64,000 nt of DNA from Parcubacteria group bacterium. Lineage in GTDB: Bacteria > Patescibacteriota > Minisyncoccia > Phycocordibacterales > Phycocordibacteraceae. How positions within the stretch are numbered: the first letter of the stretch is position 1; every line of letters begins with the position of its first letter. This document shows, piece after piece, positions 39,739 through 48,610 of the stretch. The notes below the pieces were generated by a model, which made no database searches, was not told where the DNA came from, and worked only from the letters and a program-made list of their open reading frames with translations. The translations under genes were made by a program, and so were the position numbers. Location: the NCBI GenBank assembly GCA_028286605.1, contig JAQBRE010000002.1, positions 124,219 to 188,218 on the forward strand. The letters are read 5' to 3'.

Positions 39739-40299
39739 ATGAACATGCGAGTACGTGGCTTTACTCTCATAGAGCTCCTCGTCGTCATCGCGATAATCGG
39801 TACGCTTTCTTCCATCGTCCTTTCTGCACTCAGTACATCGCGCGATAAGGGTCGTGACGCGGCTATAAAACAGGATTTATCTCAAATGGTTACTGTTAAT
39901 GAGCTAGGGCGCCTTGATGGCAATGCGGGTGTCGCTCAATATGGCTATGCCTGTTCAACGACACCAAGTACGTATAGCGGTGGTGGCTCTTTATTTCAAG
40001 CCGCATATGCACAAAGCGACAAACAGATAGGGTCGGCAATGTGTGCCATCGCATGGGAACCTTCAGTACCTCCGCCATTGCCACAAGCTATTCCAGGGGG
40101 CCCCTTTCTATATCAAATTGTTACCGCTGGAACTTTGTCACGATCTGCTACGGGTATCTCTAGTCCAGCTAGTACCCTAACCTCTACGTGGGCAGCATCA
40201 GTACGGCTCTCTACCGGACAGTATTTCTGTGTTGATCAGACAAACATGGCCACGATTACGCCGGCCCTGACGGTTGGTGCAAGCGATTTTAATTGTTAA
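39739..40299 (+). CDS. Type IV pilin (major pilin-like), inserted between fusA and tuf
   Basis: Leader MNMRVRG|FTLIELLVVIAIIGTLSSIV (class III signal peptide, Glu+5). Confidence 0.75.
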   Translation: MNMRVRGFTLIELLVVIAIIGTLSSIVLSALSTSRDKGRDAAIKQDLSQMVTVNELGRLDGNAGVAQYGYACSTTPSTYSGGGSLFQAAYAQSDKQIGSAMCAIAWEPSVPPPLPQAIPGGPFLYQIVTAGTLSRSATGISSPASTLTSTWAASVRLSTGQYFCVDQTNMATITPALTVGASDFNC

Positions 40300-40507
40300 G
40301 TCTTGACCATTCACTGAGCCTCCGGTAGTTTATATATAACGCGAGATCGGCGCTCTTTTCGATATTCCTCTCCATAACGGGGCAGGGGTGGCTGGAAGGC
40401 GCTGCGCGGGTAATCGCCGGAGCCTTGGTCGCCTGTCTGCCTTTTGTAAGGCACAGGCAGGCGCGGTGGCAACATTATTTTTAGCCTACCAGTAACTTAC
40501 AAATTCT

Positions 40508-41710
40508 ATGGCAGCAGCAGAATTCGATCGCAGCAAGCCGCACATGAACGTAGGTACCATCGGTCACGTTGACCATGGAAAGACTACGCTCACGGCGGCT
40601 ATCCTCAATGTGCTCAACCTGAACAAGGCAGCAGGCTACACCGCCCGCGCTGAAGCAGTTGATGCAATTGACAACGCACCGGAAGAGAAGGCCCGCGGTA
40701 TTACTATCGCCCTTCACCACTCCGAGTACGAGTCTCCAAACCGTCACTACGCGCACATCGATGCACCAGGTCACGCGGACTACATCAAGAACATGATTAC
40801 AGGAGCTGCCCAGATGGACGGCGCCGTACTCGTGGTTGCTGCAACTGACGGCGCGATGCCGCAGACACGCGAGCACATCCTCCTTGCCAAGCAGGTCGGT
40901 GTGCCCCGTCTTATCGTCTTCCTCAACAAGGTAGATATGGTTGATGATCAGGACATGGTGGACCTCGTTGAAGAGGAAATCCGTGAAATCCTCGAGAAGC
41001 AGGGCTTCTCGAAGGACACTCCGTTCATCAAGGGCTCGGGTCTCAAGGCTCTCGAAGCTACTTCAGCTGAGGACCCATGGGCTCTCAAGGTGAAGGAGCT
41101 CGTGGACACTATGGACACGTACTTCCCTCAGCCAGAGCGTGATCTCGACAAGCCGTTCCTTATGCCTATCGAGGACATCTTCTCGATCGAAGGTCGCGGA
41201 ACGGTTATCACAGGCCGCATCGAGCGCGGAATCATCAAGGTCGGTGAGGAAGTTGAAATCGTCGGCCTCCAGCCTACGGCTAAGACTACCGTTACCGGTA
41301 TCGAGATGTTCAACAAGCAGCTTCAGCAGGGTGAGGCAGGCGACAACGCAGGTATCCTCCTTCGTGGTACGAAGAAGGAAGACGTGCACCGTGGTCAGGT
41401 TCTCGCGAAGACTGGTTCAGTAACGCCGCACACCGAATTCGAAGCAGAGGTATACATCCTCTCTAAGGACGAAGGTGGCCGTCACACGCCGTTCTTCACG
41501 GGCTACAAGCCTCAGTTCTACGTCCGTACGACGGACGTAACCGGCGAGGTAACTCTTCCGGAAGGAAAGGAAATGGTCATGCCAGGTGACACCGTTACCT
41601 TCAAGGTAAAGCTCACTGCACCTATCGCACTCGAGGACAACACTCGTTTCTCGGTTCGTGAAGGCGGCAAGACCGTCGGTGCCGGCGTGGTTACGAAGAT
41701 CGTCGCGTAA
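40508..41710 (+). CDS. tuf: Elongation factor Tu
   Basis: [22 protein letters not shown]. Confidence 0.95.
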   Translation: MAAAEFDRSKPHMNVGTIGHVDHGKTTLTAAILNVLNLNKAAGYTARAEAVDAIDNAPEEKARGITIALHHSEYESPNRHYAHIDAPGHADYIKNMITGAAQMDGAVLVVAATDGAMPQTREHILLAKQVGVPRLIVFLNKVDMVDDQDMVDLVEEEIREILEKQGFSKDTPFIKGSGLKALEATSAEDPWALKVKELVDTMDTYFPQPERDLDKPFLMPIEDIFSIEGRGTVITGRIERGIIKVGEEVEIVGLQPTAKTTVTGIEMFNKQLQQGEAGDNAGILLRGTKKEDVHRGQVLAKTGSVTPHTEFEAEVYILSKDEGGRHTPFFTGYKPQFYVRTTDVTGEVTLPEGKEMVMPGDTVTFKVKLTAPIALEDNTRFSVREGGKTVGAGVVTKIVA

Positions 41711-41729
41711 TAGCGCATAATGTACTCGT

Positions 41730-42086
41730 ATGGCTACCGCAACTAAAGCAAAGAAGACGGCAGACGCAGCACCTGCGGCAGAGCCGAAGCTTCGCATCCG
41801 CGTGCGAGCGTACGAGCATAAGATCCTCGACCTCTCGGTGAAGCAGATCATGGATACGGCGAATCGCTTCGATGCGAAGATCGTCGGTCCGGTACCGCTT
41901 CCAACCGAGATCAAGCGCTGGACCGTGAACCGTTCGACGTTCGTCCACAAGGATGCTCGTGAGCAGTTCGAAATGCGAATTCATAAGCGTCTTATCGACA
42001 TCCTCTCGCCGAACGCGAAGGTTATCGAAGCGCTTACGAACCTCAATCTTCCGTCCGGTGTCACCATCGACGTGAAGATGGTCTAA
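41730..42086 (+). CDS. rpsJ: 30S ribosomal protein S10
   Basis: Full-length S10 similarity. Confidence 0.9.
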   Translation: MATATKAKKTADAAPAAEPKLRIRVRAYEHKILDLSVKQIMDTANRFDAKIVGPVPLPTEIKRWTVNRSTFVHKDAREQFEMRIHKRLIDILSPNAKVIEALTNLNLPSGVTIDVKMV

Positions 42087-42101
42087 TCGCAAGATACGAC
42101 T

Positions 42102-42145
42102 AAAAGAAAAGCCGCTCCCTTCGGGAGCGGCTTTTCTTTTTATTT
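42102..42145 (+). terminator. Intrinsic terminator immediately after rpsJ
   Basis: gccgctccc-ttc-gggagcggc + TTTTCTTTTTATTTT. Confidence 0.75.
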
Positions 42146-42197
42146 TCACATCAAATAGGGTATGCTCAACAGCTGTTCTTTAAGGGAAGGAGAAAAG

Positions 42198-42536
42198 ATG
42201 GTTACGGTACCTGGTACGCCGCCAACACTGGAGCGCAAAAGGGAAGTTGATAGCTTTCATTTGGCAAGCCAAGGCCTCTATGCAGGATGCGTCGGGCAAC
42301 CTGGCGAAAGCGAAACGCCTTTCACGCCTCCGAACCACCGAGGTGTGTGGCATGACAAAAAAAGGCCATTTCAACGCAAGAATTGCAAAGACAAGGAAAA
42401 ATGGTTCACGGTTTGGCGTGAACCTGACAGGAAGAAAAATAAAGAAGGCAAGTCAATGGGCGGAAAGTTTGCGAAAAAACCTGCGCTTGGCGAACGAGCC
42501 GAAAGTATCTATCCTTTTAAAAAGGATTGGCCATGA
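42198..42536 (+). CDS. Possible small basic protein (113 aa) within the rpsJ-rplC insertion
   Basis: Good SD AAGGAG 5 nt upstream. Low-complexity Lys/Arg-rich. Stop lies inside an 11-bp perfect hairpin. Confidence 0.3.
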   Translation: MVTVPGTPPTLERKREVDSFHLASQGLYAGCVGQPGESETPFTPPNHRGVWHDKKRPFQRKNCKDKEKWFTVWREPDRKKNKEGKSMGGKFAKKPALGERAESIYPFKKDWP

Positions 42537-42554
42537 GCAATTATGCTCATGGCC
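42529..42554. repeat. Perfect 11-bp inverted repeat with 4-nt loop
   Basis: ggccatgagca-atta-tgctcatggcc. Adjacent palindrome atcctttt-a-aaaaggat at 42510-42527. Confidence 0.7.
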
Positions 42555-42699
42555 ATCTTCATACAATCTTTAGTACCTCTCCTATATAGTGCCAGAGTAG
42601 TTTACGAGATTAACTCTCCTTATGTTTGATCCTGTTCTCCTGCGAGAACTTGAGATCACTTGAACTACCGTCTAGGCCACTCCTCAGGGGGCGGTCTAT

Positions 42700-42742
42700 T
42701 TGTATATATAAAAGGGCCTCGCTGCTTGTGCAACGAGGCCCC
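42700..42742 (-). terminator. Minus-strand intrinsic terminator inside the rpsJ-rplC insertion
   Basis: gggcctcg-loop-cgaggccc followed by TTTTATATATA on the minus strand. Implies an antisense transcript from 42743-43050. Confidence 0.5.
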
Positions 42743-43051
42743 ATTCGATCCGAGGGTCAGAAGTTGATGCTCTAGATCTTGGTTCCGCCATCGCTGATGT
42801 CGTCCTTAACCGGCTTGATGGTGTCGGCTTCGGGGAAGAACTTAGGCGGATACGTCTCGAACCTATAATGGGCCACGAAAGACCTCCATTTCTGCCACGC
42901 GAACCGTGGACCCTGTGAGAATAGCACGTATATTTGCATTACCTGAAGGAATCATGTATGGTGCTTGGGACGCACGTACGGCATTCGGCCGGACCAATGG
43001 TCGAAGTCCTCGTTGAGGATCTCGCGCCATAGGGCGCGTTTTTATTTTTCC

Positions 43052-43669
43052 ATGAAATTCCTTCTCGCACGCAAAGCAGGCATGACCCAAATCTTCCAGG
43101 AGAATGGGGATGTTAAGGCTGGTACCGTACTTAAGACGACTCCTATGACCATTACGCAGGTTAAGACTGCGGATGGCGTGGACGGCTACAGCGCGGTACA
43201 GGTCGCTTTTGACGAGCAGAAGATCGAGCGCGTTTCGAAGCCGGTCCTTGGGCACACCAAGGGCAAGGGTTTCAAGGTTATTAAGGAGTTCCGCGTTGAT
43301 AACGCTGCAGACTACACGGTCGGCAGCGAGATTCTCGTAGATACCTTCGAAGTTGGCGATGGTGTTACCATCGCGGGCACGAGCAAGGGTAAGGGCTTCG
43401 CAGGCGGCGTGCAGCGTTATGGCTTCAAGGGAGGTCGCCGTACGCACGGCCAGAAGCACTCAGAGCGTGAAGTAGGTTCTATCGGCGGAGGTGGCCGCGC
43501 AGGCGGTCGCGTGGCGAAGGGTATGCGCATGGGTGGCCGCATGGGTGGCGATCGCGTTACTATCACGAGCCTCAAGGTGTTGCACGTCGATGCAGCAAAG
43601 GGCGAGATAATCATCTCGGGCGCTATCCCTGGCGCACGCGGCTCACTCGTTGAGATCATCTCCGCATAA
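43052..43669 (+). CDS. rplC: 50S ribosomal protein L3
   Basis: MKFLLARKAGMTQIF... Preceded by hairpin cgcgcc-atag-ggcgcg + TTTTT. Confidence 0.9.
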   Translation: MKFLLARKAGMTQIFQENGDVKAGTVLKTTPMTITQVKTADGVDGYSAVQVAFDEQKIERVSKPVLGHTKGKGFKVIKEFRVDNAADYTVGSEILVDTFEVGDGVTIAGTSKGKGFAGGVQRYGFKGGRRTHGQKHSEREVGSIGGGGRAGGRVAKGMRMGGRMGGDRVTITSLKVLHVDAAKGEIIISGAIPGARGSLVEIISA

Positions 43670-43680
43670 TTTTCATACGT

Positions 43681-44481
43681 ATGGCTACTACAACCAAAGC
43701 AACAACAAAGAAAGCACCAGCAAAGGCACCTGCAAAGAAGGTGGCAGCAAAGTCTGTCGCTAAGGCAGCACCAGCAACGGTTCCTGAAGGATTCGCAGGC
43801 AAGAAGGTTGTGAGCATGGAGGCTACTATCTGGACGACGGCTGGCGCAAAGGGCAGCACGATGACTCTTCCTGAAGAGATCTTCGGCAAGAAGTGGAATG
43901 CAGACCTCGTACACCAGGTGGTTATCGGCATGCAGGCTAATGCGCGCCCTACGGTCGCGCACACCAAGTTCCGTGGCGAAGTATCCGGCGGCGGCAAGAA
44001 GCCATGGAAGCAGAAGGGTACTGGCCGCGCACGTCATGGTTCGAATCGTTCTCCAATCTGGAAGGGCGGAGGCGTTACGCACGGTCCTCGCGCAGAGAAG
44101 ATCTACGCGGTGAAGATCAACAAGAAGATGCGCCTCGCTGCGCTCGCAACAGTTCTTTCGCGCAAGTGGAAGGATGGCGAAATCATCTTCGTCGACAAGA
44201 TCGAGTTCGCGAAGCCTGCAACGAAGGATGCGAAGCTCGCACTTCTCGCGCTCGCGAAGGGAACCGGAAAGGATACGCTTGCAACCAAGCGCAAGAATGC
44301 AGCAGTCATCGCTTTCGCTTCGAAGGACACGATCGCTGCGAAGTCGTTCCGCAACATCGGCAGCCTCATGACGGAAGAGGTGCGCAACCTCAATCCGGTC
44401 GACCTCATGAATAAGAAGTTCCTCGTTATCGAGCGTCCGACTGAATCACTTGCAGTCCTCGCATCGCGCATGGCGAAGTAA
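43681..44481 (+). CDS. rplD: 50S ribosomal protein L4 with Lys/Ala-rich N-terminal extension
   Basis: L4 core plus about 45 aa of KKAPAKAPAKKVAAK extension. Confidence 0.9.
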   Translation: MATTTKATTKKAPAKAPAKKVAAKSVAKAAPATVPEGFAGKKVVSMEATIWTTAGAKGSTMTLPEEIFGKKWNADLVHQVVIGMQANARPTVAHTKFRGEVSGGGKKPWKQKGTGRARHGSNRSPIWKGGGVTHGPRAEKIYAVKINKKMRLAALATVLSRKWKDGEIIFVDKIEFAKPATKDAKLALLALAKGTGKDTLATKRKNAAVIAFASKDTIAAKSFRNIGSLMTEEVRNLNPVDLMNKKFLVIERPTESLAVLASRMAK

Positions 44482-44491
44482 TAAATTACGT

Positions 44492-44860
44492 ATGGCACTT
44501 TTCTCTAACGACACGAAGAAGAAGACAACAACCAAGAAAGTTTCGACACGCTCGAAGCAGCCGGTTCATGCGAATGACGATGGTCGTCTTGCGCGCGTTC
44601 TCACTGCGCCTTGGCTTTCCGAGAAGGCTCTCATCATGAGCGCAGTAGGCGTCTACGTATTCGAGATTCCTGCAGACGCGACGAAGCTCGAAGTTGCTGC
44701 TGCTATCGAGAAGATCTACAACGTAACGCCGCGCAAAGTGAACGTCGCGCACCTTCCTATGAAGGCAGTGAACCTTCGCATGCGTCGCGGTACGGGCTAC
44801 AAGGCTCGTCGCCACAAGGCATATGTCTACCTCGCTAAGGGTGACACCATCTCGTTCTAA
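44492..44860 (+). CDS. rplW: 50S ribosomal protein L23
   Basis: L23 core with a basic N-terminal extension. Confidence 0.85.
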   Translation: MALFSNDTKKKTTTKKVSTRSKQPVHANDDGRLARVLTAPWLSEKALIMSAVGVYVFEIPADATKLEVAAAIEKIYNVTPRKVNVAHLPMKAVNLRMRRGTGYKARRHKAYVYLAKGDTISF

Positions 44861-44870
44861 TACTTTATTT

Positions 44871-45716
44871 ATGAAGACCTACAAGCCAACATCACCGAGC
44901 CGTCGCAACATGACGTCGCTTCCATACAAGGAGCTCCTTTCCGGCGACAAGCCGACAAAGAGCCTCATGTCTTCGAAGAAGCGTCAGGCAGGCCGCAACA
45001 ATGCAGGCCGCATCACGGTCCGTCATCAGGGTGGCGGTCACAAGCGTCGCTACCGTGAAGTTGATTTCTCGTACAACAAGAAGGACATTCCTGCGAAGAT
45101 CGAGACTATCGAATACGATCCGTATCGCACCGCATTCATTTCTATCGCGCTCTATGCAGATGGTGAGCGCCGCTACGTGCTCGCTCCTAAGGATGGAAAG
45201 GTTGGCGACACCTTCATCGTTGGTGAGAACGTACCGGTAAAACCAGGTAATCGTATGCCTATCGGCAAGATTCCTTCCGGCACCTTTATCTACAACATCG
45301 AGCTCAAGGTTGGTGCTGGCGCACGTCTCGCACGTTCAGCAGGTAACTACGCTGAGATCGTCGCGCACGATGCAGGCTACGCGCAGGTGAAGCTCCCTTC
45401 GAGCGAAATCCGCAAGGTTTCTGATCTCTGCTACGCATCGATCGGTGCCGTCGGTAATGAGAACAGCCGTCTCGTGAACATCGGTAAGGCAGGTCGCAGC
45501 CGTTGGTTGGGTATCCGTCCTACGGTCCGTGGTAACGCGATGAACCCGGTTGACCATCCTCATGGTGGTGGTGAAGGTAAGCAGGGTCGTGGTCTCCGCC
45601 GTGCCAAGAGCATGTGGGGCAAGCCAACAGGCAAGGGTCAGAAGACTCGCACGCCGAAGAAGTACTCGAACGTGTTCATCGTTTCGCGCCGCAAAGTCGG
45701 CAAGAAGCGCTCATAA
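44871..45716 (+). CDS. rplB: 50S ribosomal protein L2
   Basis: GGGHKRRYR, PHGGGEG. Confidence 0.9.
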   Translation: MKTYKPTSPSRRNMTSLPYKELLSGDKPTKSLMSSKKRQAGRNNAGRITVRHQGGGHKRRYREVDFSYNKKDIPAKIETIEYDPYRTAFISIALYADGERRYVLAPKDGKVGDTFIVGENVPVKPGNRMPIGKIPSGTFIYNIELKVGAGARLARSAGNYAEIVAHDAGYAQVKLPSSEIRKVSDLCYASIGAVGNENSRLVNIGKAGRSRWLGIRPTVRGNAMNPVDHPHGGGEGKQGRGLRRAKSMWGKPTGKGQKTRTPKKYSNVFIVSRRKVGKKRS

Positions 45717-45719
45717 GCA

Positions 45720-45753
45720 AAAGAAAACCCGCCGAATGGCGGGTTTTCTTTTG
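45720..45753 (+). terminator. Intrinsic terminator immediately after rplB
   Basis: aaacccgcc-gaat-ggcgggttt + TTCTTTT. Confidence 0.75.
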
Positions 45754-45783
45754 CTCTGAAGACGAGATAAAGTTTTTCTGAAG

Positions 45784-45812
45784 AAGAATCCTGTCCTGTG
45801 GACAGGATTCTT
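45784..45812. repeat. Perfect 13-bp inverted repeat at the left edge of the rplB-rpsS insertion
   Basis: aagaatcctgtcc-tgt-ggacaggattctt. Confidence 0.7.
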
Positions 45813-45873
45813 GCTATATATCGAAGCCTCATTGATAGGGTAAATAGGAAGCACTAATCCTAATACATTTTCT

Positions 45874-46122
45874 ATGTTTAAGACCCCAAAAAATGGCCAT
45901 GCAAAATTCAACCGTGTACCGAAAGAACTATATCCATTCGTTAATGCTCTATACGAAGCGCTTGAGAATAGTGATAAAGAAGACGATAAGGAAACTGAAG
46001 AAGATGACGATTGCGATATGATCGAATTGCCCCTAGAGCTTCTGCCGGTTGCCTTTATTGATCACGAGCTGCGAATTCATGAGATAGAACAAATCTTGAA
46101 GAAAGTAAAATTGACCAGCTAA
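45874..46122 (+). CDS. Small acidic hypothetical protein (82 aa)
   Basis: AT-rich segment. Asp/Glu-rich (EEDDDCDMIELPLELL). Confidence 0.35.
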   Translation: MFKTPKNGHAKFNRVPKELYPFVNALYEALENSDKEDDKETEEDDDCDMIELPLELLPVAFIDHELRIHEIEQILKKVKLTS

Positions 46123-46155
46123 CTCTGAAAGATTTATACTACTAACACTTTCATC

Positions 46156-46440
46156 ATGATTGAAACTACTGAATCAATTATCCAGACTGATGCTCTTGAG
46201 CCAACGTTATATGACGTTATGGATCAAATAATTACGCTGCATGATCGTGTCGATGGGGTAGAAGACCGCATAGATAATATGCGCGAGCATATAGATGAGA
46301 AGTTTGCAGAGTTTCTACCACTTAAGCCAATAGTTCTCGGCCTGCAAACGATGATGTTCACTATGCAGGAAACACTCATCTTGCAGGGAAAACTTCTAAC
46401 CAAACTTGTTACTGGTATGCGGGTTTCAGAACATTCGTAA
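46156..46440 (+). CDS. Small hypothetical protein (94 aa)
   Basis: 33 nt after the preceding ORF. Helical/acidic. Confidence 0.35.
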   Translation: MIETTESIIQTDALEPTLYDVMDQIITLHDRVDGVEDRIDNMREHIDEKFAEFLPLKPIVLGLQTMMFTMQETLILQGKLLTKLVTGMRVSEHS

Positions 46441-47239
46441 ATTTCGAGAGAGGAATGGTGTCGAGGATAGTTCCAACGGAATACGGACCGACTTGATATG
46501 GAGCAAATACGATTACGAGATTCGATCCATTGATATACCAGTTCTGGAAATCATCAGTACTTGGCATGGTCCCAACATTGATCGTGTCAGTATCTGCTGC
46601 TCCGTCTTGAACCTTGTTGATTAAGGTAGGAAGGTCGGCACGTGCCGTGGTGCTAAGAAGCTGAAGGTAGTTGCTGTTCGGCTGGAAGATATCGCCTATG
46701 GCGAGACTCTGGCCGCCCGTCGTATCGAAGGTGTAGGTCTTGTAATACTCGTTCGGATGGGCGCCGAGCGTATCGGAGGCAAAGGTGTATACGTACGAAA
46801 CGGTATGCGCGCCCTGATAGGTCTTATATGTTCCGGTAAGCGAATATACATTGCCCTGATCAAGACCCTGCATCTGAATATCCTGCGGCGTAAGATTCGC
46901 GAAATCACCATTCTCTACGAAGTTCTGATCCTGACTTTCGAGGAATGCTTTCATCTTCGAAACAGCTGCGGCATCTGTCTGAGCGTTTGCCGTCGTCGCA
47001 AGAAGGGTAGAGCCAGGATACTGAAGGCTTATTTGGTAGTATTGGCCATTATCCGCAATGGTCTGCGGGCCAACTGCTATTGTGGCCGTAGAGCCGGTAG
47101 AAGTCGTAGAAGTGGCAGTGCCAGGAGCAAATACGCTGGGAGCCTGATGCGTAGCCATATACCAGATAGCGAATCCAAGGAAAACCACTATCAGAACTCC
47201 TACGCCGATGACTGCGGTGTGCTTGTTATTCATATCCAT
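46409..47239 (-). CDS. Membrane-anchored DUF4163/DUF3298 (RsiV-like) protein
   Basis: N-terminal signal-anchor. YKTYQGAHTVSYVYTF and ...VIVFAPYQVGPYSVG...IPLSKF match the RsiV/DUF3298 C-terminal pattern. Confidence 0.55.
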   Translation of the reverse strand: MDMNNKHTAVIGVGVLIVVFLGFAIWYMATHQAPSVFAPGTATSTTSTGSTATIAVGPQTIADNGQYYQISLQYPGSTLLATTANAQTDAAAVSKMKAFLESQDQNFVENGDFANLTPQDIQMQGLDQGNVYSLTGTYKTYQGAHTVSYVYTFASDTLGAHPNEYYKTYTFDTTGGQSLAIGDIFQPNSNYLQLLSTTARADLPTLINKVQDGAADTDTINVGTMPSTDDFQNWYINGSNLVIVFAPYQVGPYSVGTILDTIPLSKFTNVLKPAYQ

Positions 47240-47269
47240 ATAAGAGAAGTATAACTCCGGTTCATGAGT

Positions 47270-47301
47270 ATAAAAGGAAAGCCCCACGCAAGCGCGGGGC
47301 C
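47270..47301 (-). terminator. Minus-strand terminator after gene 47335..47796
   Basis: gccccacgc-aa-gcgcggggc followed by TTTCCTTTT on the minus strand. Confidence 0.5.
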
Positions 47302-47334
47302 CAAACGTAGTACGCAGAGTCAAAGTGTTGGCGG

Positions 47335-47796
47335 TTAGGCCGCCTGACGCCGAGTATTCGATTTACTGAACAAAGGATGGCGACGTTTTGGATCTCGCAA
47401 GGTATCGTTCCAGATATCATTAAGCATCTTGCTGTCAATTTGGCAGCCAAGGTTGCGTCGATGGTAGCAGTAGTTATTGAATCCTTTGATATCAAGAACT
47501 CTTCCATGCATGCCGAAGGCATTGGAAACTGTTGCAAATGTCACCGCTCCATCGATTGAGCGGAACTTCGCTACAAATTCAAATGCCAACGCCAATACGC
47601 ACTCGTTGTCGTAGGAGTTATTTGCCCGAAAGTACGACCTGCCCTCGGGAAGGGGGTTGAAGCAGTTCCGGAGCCATCCCGGAGGGGCGTTCTGGTATAG
47701 CCATCTAATTCCACGTTGCACATGGCGCTCAGCTCGCAGATGAGCCAAGGCCAACGGGTCTTCGTGCCGCATCTTAAGTAGATCTTTGAGGTTCAC
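47335..47796 (-). CDS. Hypothetical protein (153 aa, GTG start), first gene of the antisense two-gene cassette
   Basis: SD GGAGAG 6 nt upstream of GTG. Cys/His-containing (NYCYHRRNLGCQ). No confident family assignment. Confidence 0.45.
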   Translation of the reverse strand: MNLKDLLKMRHEDPLALAHLRAERHVQRGIRWLYQNAPPGWLRNCFNPLPEGRSYFRANNSYDNECVLALAFEFVAKFRSIDGAVTFATVSNAFGMHGRVLDIKGFNNYCYHRRNLGCQIDSKMLNDIWNDTLRDPKRRHPLFSKSNTRRQAA

Positions 47797-47851
47797 GCAG
47801 GTCTCTCCATCAGGTTCTATCCTGCCAGAACCCTACCATGGGGGCCATAAT

Positions 47852-47909
47852 TTGACACTTGAGGTGAATTCATATAGATTTTACCTATCTCGCGCTTGCG
47901 CGGGTTTTT
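47852..47909 (+). promoter_or_regulatory. Promoter-like TTGACA..TATAGA followed by leader hairpin + T5 just upstream of rpsS
   Basis: TTGACA-15/16nt-TATAGA. Then cgcgc-ttg-cgcg ggg TTTTT, 7 nt before the ATG. Confidence 0.35.
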
Positions 47910-47916
47910 ACTTCGC

Positions 47917-48267
47917 ATGTCCCGATCACTCAAAAAAGGCCCTTACGTGGACGTAAAACTCCTCAAAAAGGTATCCAATGCAAAAGCTGCTACCTCCGGC
48001 GTTATTAAGACGTGGGCGCGTGCCAGCCAGATCTCGCCAGAAATGGTGGGTTTCACTATTGGCGTACATAATGGCCAGAAGCATGTTGATGTTCTCGTGA
48101 ACGAAGACATGGTGGGACATCGCCTCGGTGAATTCTCGCCGACCAAGAAGTTCATCCGTCACGGCGGTAAGATGCAGAAGGAGCTTGAGCAGAAGAAGAA
48201 GGATTCGGAAATTGCAGCCGCTAAGGCTTCAAAGGCCGCACCGGCAGCTCCTGCGAAGAAGAAATAA
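47917..48267 (+). CDS. rpsS: 30S ribosomal protein S19 with Lys/Ala-rich C-terminal tail
   Basis: [12 protein letters not shown]... Confidence 0.9.
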   Translation: MSRSLKKGPYVDVKLLKKVSNAKAATSGVIKTWARASQISPEMVGFTIGVHNGQKHVDVLVNEDMVGHRLGEFSPTKKFIRHGGKMQKELEQKKKDSEIAAAKASKAAPAAPAKKK

Positions 48268-48270
48268 CCT

Positions 48271-48597
48271 ATGAAAGCAGAACTAACCAGCTACAACCAG
48301 TCGCCTCGCAAGGTCCGCCTTGTTACCGATATGGTAAAGGGAAAGTCCGTTAAGGATGCTCTTTCTGCATTGGCCTTTCTTCCGAAGCGCGCTTCTTTGC
48401 CAATCGCGAAGCTCATTCAGTCTGCAGCAGCTAATGCGAAGCAGCAGGGCATCGATGAAGCAGCGCTCCGCGTTGAGAACATCACCGTGAACAGCGCAGG
48501 CATGCTCGTTAAGTACATGCCTCGCGCCATGGGCCGTGCAGCGCCTGTTCGCCGCCGCAAGAGCCGTGTGCTCGTAACGCTTTCTACTGCGAAGTAG
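48271..48597 (+). CDS. rplV: 50S ribosomal protein L22
   Basis: L22 similarity. Confidence 0.9.
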   Translation: MKAELTSYNQSPRKVRLVTDMVKGKSVKDALSALAFLPKRASLPIAKLIQSAAANAKQQGIDEAALRVENITVNSAGMLVKYMPRAMGRAAPVRRRKSRVLVTLSTAK

Positions 48598-48610
48598 ACC
48601 TTTCAATACC

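Noticed and set aside
42247-42573. 108-aa alternate-frame ORF overlapping the 42198 ORF
   Set aside because: No SD, and it starts inside the other ORF. At most one of the two can be real, and even the SD-bearing one is low confidence.
42863-43459. 198-aa minus-strand ORF overlapping rplC
   Set aside because: Most of it is antisense to L3. Only the distal 56 codons (42863-43030) lie in intergenic DNA, and they have no start-site signals.
45717-47916. Looked for integrase, transposase, recombinase or terminal inverted repeats that would define the ribosomal-operon insertions as IS elements or prophage remnants
   Set aside because: No such genes or paired terminal repeats were found. The only repeat is a single 13-bp hairpin. 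The insertions cannot be called mobile elements on present evidence.
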